Below are positions 27,102 through 40,324 of a stretch of DNA of 64,000 bases, piece after piece; position 1 is the first letter of the stretch; the number at the start of each line of letters is the position of its first letter. The DNA comes from Octopus vulgaris (lineage: Eukaryota). Location of the stretch: positions 1,488,001 through 1,552,000 of the forward strand of contig OX597835.1 in assembly GCA_951406725.2 (NCBI GenBank), in the 5' to 3' direction. The translations under genes were made by a program, and so were the position numbers. Under the pieces are notes generated by a model. It saw only the letters and a list, made by a program, of their open reading frames with translations. It made no database searches and had not been told where the DNA came from.

Positions 27102-29385
27102 AAGTTTGCCCCACGGTGTATGTTTCCCGTTTAAAAGGGATTCCAATGATGACTCGTCAGATAGTAAAAGTGACACGAACGTTGGGTGTACCGAGAAGGG
27201 AGATCAGAATGTTCAGATCTCTGCTGCGGCCCTTCGGCATACGTACAATCAGGATTTTTCACAGTTCGGCGAAAAGGTTGTAGCATTGACCAAAAGGACG
27301 TACACTAGACATTTCAAAGACAAGACTGTGCGAAGTATTCGCCTTAGACCTCGTCAAACTCTGTGCTCCAAATGCAAGTCGGCATGCCATGACAGTGCGG
27401 CAGATCCGAGTTCTTCCATTGCTAAGAGCTCTCAGAACTCTTCACTGTCTTCTGTTTCACAATCTTCTTCAAACTCTCTTCACTCTCTTCCATCCCGGCT
27501 TTCAACACCCACATCTCTTAAACCACTACTTCTCCCACCGCCGCCGCCGCCGCCTCCACCACCCCCACCACAATTTCCAGCCCCTTTGCCTCTGACCACA
27601 CGTAACAACCAAAACACTCGAAACAACACTCTCATGTTCAATGCACGTAGTAGATCCCCACCAATAACCAGAAACCGGCAACAAAATACCCCGCTCTCTT
27701 CCCCCAAAACTAATCGGTATTGCCAACCGCCTCCTTCTCCAAAACCATCACGTTATAGTCAACCACCTCCTTCACCAAAAACTACAAGGTACAACCAGCC
27801 CCCACCATCTCCAAAAACCACACGATACAGTAGCAACCAGCCACCTCCATCGCCCCGGGCAACACGATACAATCAGCCACCCCCTTCACCTAAAAATACA
27901 TATTACAATCAACCACCACCATCACCCAAGAACTCAAGGTATGCCCAACCCCCTCCATCCCCCAAGCCCTCTCGTTACAACCAGCCTCCACCCTCACCTA
28001 AATCTTTACGTTACAACCAACCACCACCATCACCTAAGCCTCCTCATTACAATCAGCCACCACCATCTCCACGCAATTCTCGTTATAGCTTACCACCACC
28101 ATCACCTAAACCCCCTCGCTTCAATCACCCTTCTCAATCTCCTAAACCTCCACGCTTTAATCAACCCCCACAATCTCCCAGACCAGTAAGTTCCCCAATA
28201 ACCCTCCCCCTACCACAAGCCCAGGTTCAGCTGGAACCTCTGAAACTCACAGAACATCCAGAAACAAGGAGTGAGTCTCGAAAGAGGAAAAGCTCTCTGG
28301 CCGAGGAGTATGTGCCTACTAATGATAAACTGAACCCTAAATCTGAAGGACTGACCATTGTGAAATCTAGTCCAATTATAAAAATATCAGTTGGTGAGGG
28401 GACTGTGCTAAAAATTCCTCCTCGCCTTCATTCTGAAGTAGTGGATACAGACCAATCTTCAGATGAAAAACTTGAAAATAAAGAATATTCAAGTCATAAA
28501 AGATTGAAAAAAGCTTTAAAGAAAGCCAAGGAGAAGCTGAAACGGGTAGACTCTGAAAATGGTGATAAAATCTCGTCAGGTCATCACCGAAAGCACAAGC
28601 GGAAGCATAAACATAAACATGCTTGTGCGGATATAGATCGTAATTTACCAGCTCTAGGTGTTGACAAATCAAACAGAGAGGAAAATGACTTTGAAACTGA
28701 GCCGACTGATTCTGAGATGAACGACCATCAGCGGCCTCGGTTGTTATACACTTGGCGGCGAAACAGCGGTTTATCACGGGTAGAATCGGAGAGTTCAGCA
28801 AACACCATATCAGGAGATTTAAAAAATGAAAAATCCACAGTAAATCTTTTGCTTGATAATTCTTTAGAAACGAAATCGGAATCCTCAGGCGAATCGACGG
28901 ACGGTTTTAACTCAAACTCAGCTAACGGGATATCTGATTCGGACTCTGATTACAGGGATGAATATGAAGAGCAAGAATTCCCAGGGAGTCAGTCACCCAC
29001 GTCTGATTCCCTGAAACCTCTCATGATGAAAATTCAAACTAAAACTGTTACAAAAGTTGAAACTTCTGAGGGTCGTATAATTCATGTTGGAGATATTGTC
29101 TGGGGTAAGATTCAGGGCTTTCCCTGGTGGCCAGGACGAGTCCTCTCCATTACTGTAAGTACACGAGACAATGGAGTTGTGATAGCTCAGCTGGCTCACG
29201 TCTCGTGGTTTGGGTCCTCCACTATGTCACATATGCAGTGTGTCGATTTATATCCATTTTTAGAAGACTTTAAACTCCGATACAACAAAAAGAAGCGGGG
29301 TCCTTATAAAGTGGCTATAAAACAGGCAACTGTGGCTGCCAAGAGTTTCCTTGGAAATATCAAAATGGAAGATTTTGAATTGTGA
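27102..29385 (+). CDS. PWWP2A: PWWP domain-containing protein 2A/2B-like, coding exon 2 (total 811 aa)
   Basis: Acceptor TTTCTTGTTGCAG|A is in phase with exon 1 (KR-SLPHGV). PWWP2 motifs IRLRPRQTLCSKCK and IIKISVGEGTVLKIPPR. C-terminal PWWP domain VGDIVWGKIQGFPWWPGRVL...VSWFGS...PFLEDFKLRYNKKKRGPYKVAI. Stop TGA at 29383-29385. Confidence 0.92.
27715..28185 (+). repeat. Coding tandem repeat, 13 units of about 36 bp (RYNQPPPSPKxx)
   Basis: Counted from the translation. Units are diverged at synonymous positions. Confidence 0.95.
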
Positions 29386-30754
29386 CCACTATTGGTATCT
29401 TCACAGTCCCTTTCTTTTTTTTTTAAACATAGATTTTATCATCTGGATCCTATCTAATCTGTTGCTTTAGCTTAACATGGCTTTCATTCATTTGGTTCCA
29501 TTTTATTCTACAAAATGGAACCAATCTGTTGTTTTATTTCAGAAACTTGAAAAAAAAAATGAAAAAATAACAATTATCTCTTGCTCTTGTTTATCTCTTG
29601 CTTTTATTTTTTGCTTTTATTTATTTTTTTAAAATAAGAGATTGTTGATCAGAAAAGAAAATAAGGAAACAAAATTTCCTGCCAAGTTAATCTATATTGC
29701 TACAAATTATCGTTATGTAACTTGGGGTTTCGGAAAAGCAAAACAGTAAATTCCTGTAACACATTTATAGATGGAATTTTCAAGTTTATAGGTTGTAAAA
29801 AATTTTCTGTCATTGCAAAGTAAAACCGTTTTTTAAGTACACACATACTTACACAATATAAATTAGTTACACCCTATCTGTGAATTCACACTCTATTTGT
29901 CTTTCTCGATACTTATGCATCACATAACATGTGGTGTACATGTCTATCAAATGTTTATGTAGACATGCATGGAATTGGCTTCTGCACATTTATGCATGTT
30001 ACATATTCTCATATATACAATCACATTTCATTCAATACTCTAAAATTAGGTTTGACTTCTGCTCATCCTCTGGCCCTAATGGATAAACCCTTTCCTTGTA
30101 CCATTGGCCAAGTTTTCTAATCTGGTATATTTCTTATTTAGCAGGATGTAAGCATTTATTAGTCCATTCAGTGCTATTGCAAATCCTCATGTTTATAACA
30201 CTTTGTAATTTTGATAAATTACATCTCTCAAACACACACATTTTAAAATTCTTATACAAGAATTTTGTTGACAGTGACTTTGAAGTTTTGGCCATCTAAA
30301 CCATCGTTGGACTGCAATGCTTTAGGATTAGTTTTGCCTCTGTTGAGTTAAAATCGTCTTTGGGTGTGTGGGTTTGAGTGGGGTGGTAAACGATGGCTTA
30401 TCTGACCGAAAACTTCCAAGTCACTGTCAACAACATTCTTGTATAAGAATAATAAATTAGTTCTCTCCAAGAGTATAGAGTTACCCATCAGATTAATGTA
30501 AAATTGTTTCTATCATAACTGGACATTAGGGCGGAGAGCTGGCAGAATTATTAGCACACCAGACAAAATGTTTAGCAGTATTTCGTCTGAGTTCAAATTC
30601 TGCCAAGGTCGACTTTGCCTTTCATCCCTTCGGGGTCAACAGGTTAAGTACCAGTCAAACACTGGGGTCGATGTGGTCAACTATCCCCCTCCCCACAAAT
30701 TCCAGGCCTTGTTCCTATAGTAGAAAGGATTATAACTGAACATAAAGACAAACA

Positions 30755-30790
<36 letters not shown>

Positions 30791-30808
30791 CACACACACA
30801 CACTCATG

Positions 30809-30932
30809 CAGGGTGTCTTATAATGATCAAACGTTTTAGATGTAACTAGGACTGGAACAAGAGCACTTATTAAGGAGTGGACCCACAATCTCACTCCAAA
30901 TAAACTGTATCCCATCGTTATAAGACACTTTG
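30809..30932. mobile_element. Tc1/mariner-type MITE
   Basis: CAGGGTGTCTTATAATGAT ... ATCGTTATAAGACACTTTG terminal inverted repeats. Confidence 0.6.
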
Positions 30933-32773
30933 TCTAATTTCTAGATAACTCAGTAATGCTGCTGACATCTTCTCTTACAAATTCTCTGCAACTAGACTTT
31001 GCCAGTTGAACCAAAAAATGCAAAAACAAAAATTGTTGCTTTACACATTCAGATGTTTTAATATGAAATGAATCCAAGGCAGGAATGAATAAGAGTTTGG
31101 CTTAAGTTCATTTGATTTGACTTCTTTTTTTTTTTTCCAGTCTTTCAGACATGTACAGTTGGTTAGTGTAAGTAATGATCTCCTTGCAAGCTGAGCCTGC
31201 AACCTGGTTTCAATTCCCAGTCGGGTGGAGGTCATTTCACTTTATGCTGCTGCTGCTGCTGCTAACACCCTTGAGATGGGCGTCAATGTTACAAGATCTA
31301 ACTTATAAATCTGAGGCCTTGTGTCTGTAAATTTTTGTTTTTATTGCATACCAGACCCCTACTGGACTGGATGTAACATGTAAAGAGTTCTACTTTATTG
31401 GAGGAAGAGAAGGGGCCGGGGTCCTGCTTGATAAAAAGGTGAATATTTTTTGCATAAACATGTGAATTGAAAAATAGACCTTAAATTTTGTACTTATTTA
31501 AATACAATTTGCACAGAACTATTTAGGCAAAACTTTTTTGAACATGTAAATTAGTGTTAATTACATCTACCTTCACTGACTTGTTTGACACATTGAGTTA
31601 TGTGTTACTCTAATACAATTACTACATCTCACCCTGTGATTTGTTTTCTAATTCAGGTTGTTTTGACCATCAATGTTCAACCGGACCTGTTGTTTAACTC
31701 TTGGTCAATCCTGATTGAGTTGCTCTATTATCTTAGGCAATCCAGCTGTGACCATCCAGTTTTATTTTCACACAATATCTAGGATTACATTATCCAGTGT
31801 GTCCTTCCTTTGAAGACAGTAGGGTGTGGCCTGAAGGAGAATTTCTAGATATTTCTCGGCACTCCTATATTTTGAGGCCTGTTCAGTTTCCTTTTGAATG
31901 AAGAAAGTTTCCTTGAGTTGAACAACCACATTCAGTGTGTAACAGCATATGTAATTTGGAAACTTTTTTGTTATCTGTCTCTTATTGATTTTATTTTCAC
32001 TCCCTTCCTACATATCCAATATCCCATTTAGGTCACACATGGTGCTATAATCTTTCATCAGTGTTTCTCAATCACAAATTGCTGTTTAGATCTAATCCTT
32101 GTGTATTTATTTGTTTAAAAACGTTCTCTGATTTTTCTCATCAGAGCAAACACTTTGAGTTTTTTTTCTAGATTTTATATAAGTTAAGGTTTTGGATTTT
32201 ATACATCTCATTCTTTATTATTATTATTTAAATTGTATATTTTGTTGCTGTAAACATTATTTTTGAATGGGTACAATGGAGATTTATTCCAAAAGAATAA
32301 TTGGAAACACATGGAAATAGTTCCAAATAAGTGAAAGCAAAAACCCATCCATTGGTGCAGGCATAGCTGCGTGGTTAAGAACATATGGTTTTGGCTTCAG
32401 TCCCCGCCCCCTGCAGGCAAGTGTCGTTTGCTATGCCTCAGGCTGGCCAAAGCCTTGTGGGTGCATTTGGGAGACAGAATTGGAAAGCAGCCGATTGTGT
32501 GTGCATACGTGAGTTTGTGTCTTGTTTTGACATTGTATAATGGTTGTAAATGAGTCTGACTGTCCCATAAGACATGTTCAGCTTTAGCCATGGGGAAACA
32601 TTAACTTGCTTGGAAACTGGCAAGGATTGGCAACAGGAAGGGCATCTGGCCATAGAAAAATCTACCTCCAAGAATTCCATCTGACCCATGCAAGAATGGA
32701 TGAGCAGACGTTAAAAGGATTTGAAAGTTGAGAATAGCTTGTCATGTTTCAAAACTAGGTGAGCCTTGTCTCC

Positions 32774-32814
<41 letters not shown>

Positions 32815-35800
32815 ATATTAGTGGATATCGCTGCATGTTAAAAATTTTACCAAGTCTGAGCCATCATTACATGTGTAATTTATGCCATGTGTAACAAAAC
32901 CTGTCTTCTTGCTGATTGTAAACTATATCTTACTGATTAGGGTTTAGCTACAGTTAAATATGGAAAACTTTTCAGTTCTATTTTTAATAAGGCTCAGTCA
33001 AGCCATGACTTTTGTAATATTTCCATCTGTCATAGGCCAACTGCTTCACATGGGACTTTCTGAATGGCATAGCTGCTGAAAAATTACCCTAACCCTACCT
33101 GATGACGAATGATGTGTCATGTGGCCTGCCTCTCGAAAAAGATTGCCCCGTGTCTGGGTGAACCCTTTAGCATTCAAACTTCTTTGTCAAATGTGTTGCT
33201 TATTTATTCACATTGTTTTGAATTAGTCACGAATTATCTTGAAGCTTCAAGATTCCAATGGAGTGTTTGTATGTTTTTAGAATGACATTGTAGGGTAGGT
33301 GTGAGAGGTTGGATCTGGTCAGTTTTAACACAAAACAGGTAGAATACTTGTGTCAGATATGGCCAAATTAAATGCTAAATGGTGAAGTAAACAAGACAGA
33401 ACTTTAGGGTATTTCAGGTAAAATTCTCAGAAAGAACATTACCTATTCTCAATCTTTGGGAGACAGAAGTTACTATGACACAATGTAAACCAGTAACCTA
33501 AGATTTAATTGTTTGCTACCCTTTTAACTTGGTTACTTCACTTTTTACAGTTTTTAATTAAATTGAGTTTGAATCTGTTAAACTATTTCTTGTATCTCTG
33601 ATAGAATGGTCGAGTTGGTCTGTTATCACACAACCAGCTTCTGTATCAGGAGTTTCAACTTTACAGATTTCTGTTCACTTCTGATAATGGGCTTTTCTGC
33701 CTGAAATATATATACACAGGTTATTTAGCTTTTCCCATTTGCATTGTTAGAAACTCTGTCTTCATATCATCATCATCATTCAACATCCATTTTCCATGCT
33801 GGCATGGGTTGGATGGCTTAACAGGAATTGGCAAGGCCAGGGGCTAAACCAGGTTCCGTAGTCAGTTTTGGCTTGATTTCTATTGCTGGATGCCCTTCCT
33901 AATGTCAACTACATTACAGACTGTACTGGGTGCTTTCTATGTGGAATCAGCACTTACATCAGTGCTTTTTATGAGGCACCTCTCTTTTAGGATCTCAATA
34001 CACCACAAATCTTAGTCTTCTGCCATCTTCACAAGGTTTGGCATTTTGAGCTTAGCTTTCATTATTTGTTAGTTTTTACTGTTTTTTCAATTACTTTTAA
34101 AAATGAATTTAGTAGAATGCCTTTATTATTAAGCTAGTGTTTCGAAACAGGGAATTCTGATAAACAGTTTTAATTTTAGATAACTTTACATCAGGAGGTT
34201 TGTATTGTAGAACCAAGGGCGACCTCAGACTGATCAGTATCAAAAAGGTTAGAATACGTTGCTGGTATTTTGATGGTTTCTGAGCAAGGCCCAGAAATTA
34301 CATCTGTGTGTACTCAGTTCACTTGGCTGTTTAGAATAAGAAATGACCTAAGGTCTTTTGTCTGCAGAAAGCAGTAAAGAGAGAAACCAGTGCTTACCTT
34401 TCTCAAGAAAATTCTGTAGCTTAGTCTTTCTCAACTATTTTTGTTCCCACACCCAACCTCAATTTTTTACAGTTAATCATGCATCCCACCATATATGGAC
34501 AAGCTAATCATCATCATCTTTTAACATCTGTTCTCCATGCCTGGCCTGGGTTCAACAGTTTGACAGGAGTTGGGCTGCCTAGGCTTGATTTGTCTGTTGT
34601 GGCATGGTTTCTACAGCTGGATGCCCTTCCTAATGCCAACCACTTTACAGAGTGCACTGGGTGCTTTTATGTGGCACCGGTACAGTCATTTTATTGAAGC
34701 TAAGAAAACTTCATAAACTTACTCAGAATTTCACATACTTGTTCAACAGATTGTTGTGATAATACAAACTAATAAAATAATTCATAAATTGTGAGTATAT
34801 GTGTTCATGGATATCAATTTCAATACACACACACACACACACACACACATATCACCCAGTCTAATCGTCTGTACCACTTCACCTATATTCAATTTCTCCC
34901 TTTATCTTGAAGATGTATCCTGACATATCCACCACCATCTCTCTCTCTCCATTTTTATCTTTCTCCTTAAGGCTCTCTTTCTCTCCTTTCTTCTGCAGTT
35001 GGGTATCCTTGGATCTCTACAGCAAGACACCTATCCCTACCCTTCTATTATTCTTTTAATCTCTCAACTAACACAAAGCCAATTCCCTTCCAGTTGAGGG
35101 GACTTTGTCTTGTCTTGCAAGTTACTTGGTGACCCAACCAGTGCTGGTGCTACAAGAAAAATGTGCCCATTAGTACACTCCATTAAACAGTTGGCATTAG
35201 GAACGGTGTCCATCCATAGAAATTCTTCCAAATCAAACAACAGAGCTTAGCACAACTTGTGTCAAGCTGTCTGCCCCATACCAAACATGGGAAACAGATG
35301 TTAAGTGATTATATAGATATATATATATATATATATATATAGATATAGATATATGCATAGACACACGTTTTATCCATTTGTTACTTTGATACGTATTCCA
35401 TACTCTGAAGTAACCCCCACCTTTAGAAACACTAATGTAGATTATTCAACCACAAATATGCCAGCAATTATCATTAATTTAATATTGTAAATATTATTAT
35501 TGGTCAGATTGTAGATTTGGCATAATTTTGGAAGAATTCAATATGAATTATAAGACATTAAGATCTGGTGAGTACAAGGTGACGATGTTTGTGAAAGAGT
35601 AAGAAGTATTAATATTTTAGCTCTACAAACATTGTGCATGTGTTATATTTTAAAATGTTTCACTTATATCCTGGTGTAGAACTTGGGCTTCAGAGTGAGG
35701 CAACAGTCAAGTAGAGAGCAATAAGGAGAAAAATGAGATGGCAAAAGAATAAAGGATTATCCTATGAACTTCATTTGCTCACAGCTTTCTCTGCTATAAG

Positions 35801-38507
35801 ATGCAATGGACTTAGAGTTGAGTGCTTGAAATACGAAGCAGAAACAATTGTAAGCTAATGAAGTTCATAAGAGAATCGTTTGTTCCTTTTTCATCCCATT
35901 TTCTCATGTATTTATGTAAATATTCTCCTTAACTTGGATAACTCTGATTGGTAGACATTACCACTTTTTTGGCTACTTGGTAATATATAAGCACAAGGCC
36001 AGTGTTAAAGGTATGTTTGTATTTATGTATGCTTCTATGCATGCACAAACTCTATTACGTACATATATATATTTATACATATACATTTGCATGTATATTA
36101 TCACTGTGTCGATCAGACTATCAGATGTTGTACACTGCTCATCACAATGTGCTTCCTTGATTGTTGTAGCTTTCATATGATGCCACTCCACTGGCTAGGT
36201 GGACACAGATCAACATTGCCTCTGAACAGAATGCCAGTCTGTTGTAGGCTTACCCATTTACAGCTGAGCAGACTGGGCCAACATGGAATGAAGCATTTTG
36301 CTCAAGAACACCATCTGGAAAGCGAAACTGCAATTTTGCAATTGTGAGCAAAGCACCCAAACCACTGGGCCACATCCCTTCACCTGAATATATTTTATAT
36401 AGGTGATGTGTTGGCAATCAGTAGAACATTGAGCAGAATACTTTGTCTAGCACTCTGTGTACAGAGTTCAAATCCTACTGAGATTAATGTTATATTTTAT
36501 CCTTCAGAGGTTGATCAAGTCCCAGTATTAAAGCCTATTCACTCTCCACAAGAACAAATTGGCTGTGTCCAATCCTGGAGCGGGGTGACTCCACTAGGTT
36601 TAAAATGTTCAAGACATGTCACAATGGTGTCCCTGTGACTCCATCAGGAGTTGAGGGCCTTACATTCCTTTCTATATACTTGTCTTTATATTTCTACATA
36701 ATGATGCCTGCACACAAACAGAAGGTTCCTATTAGCATCTTCTATATAAAACTTTATGTAGGACAAAAGTTATTTTGAATTGCACACAGATGTATATTTG
36801 AAAGTTAGGGCATTGCTCTAGGATTTTATTTAGGTTATTGGCCATAGGGTTCATCAGTTTTTGAAAAAAATCATAAGAGGAAAACTCAGTTTTTAATATT
36901 TTAAATATTTCCTGTACTTTGCACCTGGATTCAGTTACCTTAACTCTTTTTTTATGATCATCATCAATCAGTATATTTTCTATGCTGGCATGGTTGGACA
37001 GTTTGATGGAACTGGTAACTCACAGAGCTGCACCAGGCTCCAGTCTGTTTTGGCTTGGTTTCTATAACTGGATGCCCTTCCTAACCCCAACCGCTCCATT
37101 ATGTGTACTGGGTGTCTTTTGCATCTCACTAGCACGGGTACCATCAACATGTCACCAGCATGGGTGCCTCTAACATGTCACCAGCATGGGTGCCTTTTAC
37201 GTGTCACCAGCATGGGTGCTTCACGTGTGTCACTGGCAATGTCCCTATCTGATTGACTAAATAACATAACGCATATGTATGCGCAAAATGGTTGTAGGGG
37301 TATTTTACATCCAACTCACAGATGCTCTTATTATTTAATTATGGCTATACTTGGGCACTGCTTTGAAGGATACAGTCAATATTTTTTCAATATTGACTTT
37401 ATTTGGGGGAAGGTTCATGGTCTTTGCAGGCCCAGTGAGACCAGTTCCAAATCATAGCTACAAAGAGTACACGTGCAGAGTGGGATGAAAGGAACTGCAG
37501 AGGATCAATATTTTGGGGAGAGAATGAATGGGTATAGTAGTGGATGTGGGGTTTATGGGTAGACATAAGAGGAAGGGACCCGAGTGAACAAGGAGGAACT
37601 GAATGAAGCTGGCACAAGATCAGTAATCTCCGAGAAGAAGAGACCTCTGTAGTTGCAGAAGAAAGGGCAGAGAGAGAGAGGAGACAGTAGGTGAGATGTC
37701 AGATGAGTGGTCTTTGAAGGAGGTCGAGGAAGTTTGTGTGAAGCAGCAGCACCTTCCCAGAGCCAGTTCTCCATTTAGGGCTTTTGCTGCAGGTTACGAA
37801 TTGGTGGGGGAGGGATAGGGTTCAAAGAGTTTCCTGACTTTAAAAAGATGGCTGTTATTTTGTGATGCAGTCTTTCTAATGGTCTGAATACATGACTGAG
37901 TGGCATTTAATCTCAGGACACAAAGAAAGGTAAATAAAGATCAAGGTGTTTTACCTAGGGCTGAAAATTCCACCACTGGCCAAGAACTGTATTTATACAC
38001 AAACATGCATGGTTACTAGCTAACAAGGAAGCTCCTATGAAGTAGCAGGACCTGCGAGATATACAACTACTGTTATAAAAAGGGAAAGATGTCCCTAGTA
38101 CACATAAAAAAAGTGCAATGATTATAACTGAAGTATTACAGATAATAGGTCCACCTGGTCAGGATCTTTGAGCTACGCAAAATATAGGTATTTCGATTAT
38201 TATCCTCATCACCATTTTAGCATCCACTTTTCCATGCTTGTATTGGTGAAATGAAACCTTTTGGGGCAGGTTCCTCTACTGACATAGGCACATCTTGTTG
38301 CCAAACCAAACATGTTTCTATGTAACTTAATATGTCTCCCAGTTTGTCTAACAATGAACAGTGGGAGCATACTTCCATGTTGCATTGTAAACCAACAACA
38401 TTATATACGAACAGTTGTCATACACATGTATGTATGTATGTATATGTATATATATGTATGTATGTATATGTATGTATATATATATATATATATATATGTA
38501 ATGTATG

Positions 38508-38541
<34 letters not shown>

Positions 38542-38711
38542 TATGTATGTATATATATATATATATGTATGTATATATATATATATATATATGTATGTAT
38601 ATATATATATATATATATGTATGAATGTGTATATGTATATATATATAAATATGTATATATATATACATGTATATATATAAATGTATATATACATGTATAT
38701 ATATATGCATA

Positions 38712-40276
38712 TAGGCGTAGGGGTCCACCAAGTATCAGTCCTCAGCCTCGTCTTATTCATCATAGTCCTCCAGGCAATAACAGAGGAATTCAAGACAGGA
38801 TGCCCCTGGGAGCTCCTCTATGCTGATGACCTTGCTCTAATTACTGAGTTACTGTCAGAACTAGAGGAAAAGTTTCAGGTGTGGAAGCAAGGATTTGAAT
38901 CGAAGGGCCTTAGAGTGAACTTAGCTAAAATCAAAGTCATAATAAGTAGGAAGGCAGACAAAGCACAAATCCCTTCAGGTAGATGGCCCTGCTTCATCTG
39001 TAGAAAAGGCATAGGTAGAAACTCCATAAGATGTACCCAGTGTAAGCTATGGACACAAGAAGTGCAGCAATGTCAAAGGAAGGCTAACTATGAAGATAGG
39101 TTTTGTGTGTGGCAAATAAATGTTCAGGGGCAGTAAACACTGAAAATGTGCAGAAAACAGCTTGTATCACATGCCAGGGGCAAAACCTAGAAGTAGTTGA
39201 TAGCTTCCGTTACCTAGTCAGTAGCAAGAGTAGATGCTCTGAGAGTGTAGCTGCTAGAATAAGAATAGCCTGGGCGAAGTTCAGAGAGCTCCTACTACTG
39301 CTGGTAACAAAGGACCTCTTGCTCAGAGTAAAAGGTAGACTGTATAACGCATGTGTGTGAACAACCATGCTACATGGCAGGGAAACATGGGCTGTGACTG
39401 TTGAGGACATGCGCAAGCTTGTAAGGAATGAAGCCAGTATGCTCTGCTGGATGTGTAATGTCAATATGCATATACGACAGAGCTTAAGTGCCCTGAGAGA
39501 AAAGTTGGACCCAAGAAGCATCAGATGTGGTGTGCAAGAGAGACGACTGTGCTGGTATGGTCATGTGGTGAGAATGAATGCGGACAGCTGTGTGAAAAAG
39601 TGTCACACCCTCACAGTTGAGGGAACCTGTGGAAGAGGGAGACCGAGGAAGACCGGGGATGAGGTGTTGAAGCAAGACCTTTGAATGTTGGGCCTCACCA
39701 AGACAATGACAAGTGACTGAGACCTTTGGAAATATGCTGTGCTTCAGAAGACCCAGCAAGCCAAGTGAGACTGTAACTGTGGCCTATGCCAGTGCAGCAT
39801 AACCAGTCCATTTCAATCATTGAGGAATAAACTGCATTTGCGAAAACCTGTTGAGGCAAGTGAAGTTGTTGTGGCCGATGACGGTACCACCTGATTGGCA
39901 CCCGTTCTGGTGGCACGTAAGGAGCACGATTTGAGCATGGTTGATGCCAGTGCCGCCTGACTGGTGCCATGCTGGTGGCATGTAAAAAGCACTATTCGAG
40001 TGTGATCATTGCCAATGCTGCCTGACTGGCTCCTGTGGCAGTGGCATGCAAAAAGCACCATTAAAGCGTGACTGATGCCAGTACCGCCTGACTGGTCCTC
40101 GTGCCAGTGGCATGTAAAAAACACACCACTCGGAGTGGCTGGCATTAGGAAAGGCATCCAGTTGTAGAAACATTGCCAGATCAGATTGGAGCCTGGTGCA
40201 GCCTCTGGCTCTCCAGACCTCAGTCAAACCATCCAACCCATGCCAGAATAGAAAGTGGATGTTAAACAATGATGAG
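38712..40276 (+). mobile_element. RTE-clade LINE, 5'-truncated and degraded, with 3' UTR and (GAT)n tail
   Basis: [87 protein letters not shown]. Frameshifts and stops are present. Confidence 0.9.
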
Positions 40277-40324
40277 ATATGTATATATATATATAATATA
40301 TATGTATCTTTATATATATATATA

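Noticed and set aside
27480-29199. Antisense and alternative-frame ORFs over the PWWP2 exon
   Set aside because: Shadows of a GC-rich, Pro-rich coding sequence with no independent support.
33085-33098. TACCCTAACCCTA telomere-like motif
   Set aside because: Only two units, expected by chance.
37130-37220. Three to four tandem TGTCACCAGCATGGGTGC units
   Set aside because: Local expansion inside an RTE-tail repeat, not an independent feature.
39880-40130. Regularly spaced repeats resembling a CRISPR array
   Set aside because: Eukaryotic context, whole units are similar with no unique spacers, no cas genes, and it is part of a LINE 3' UTR.
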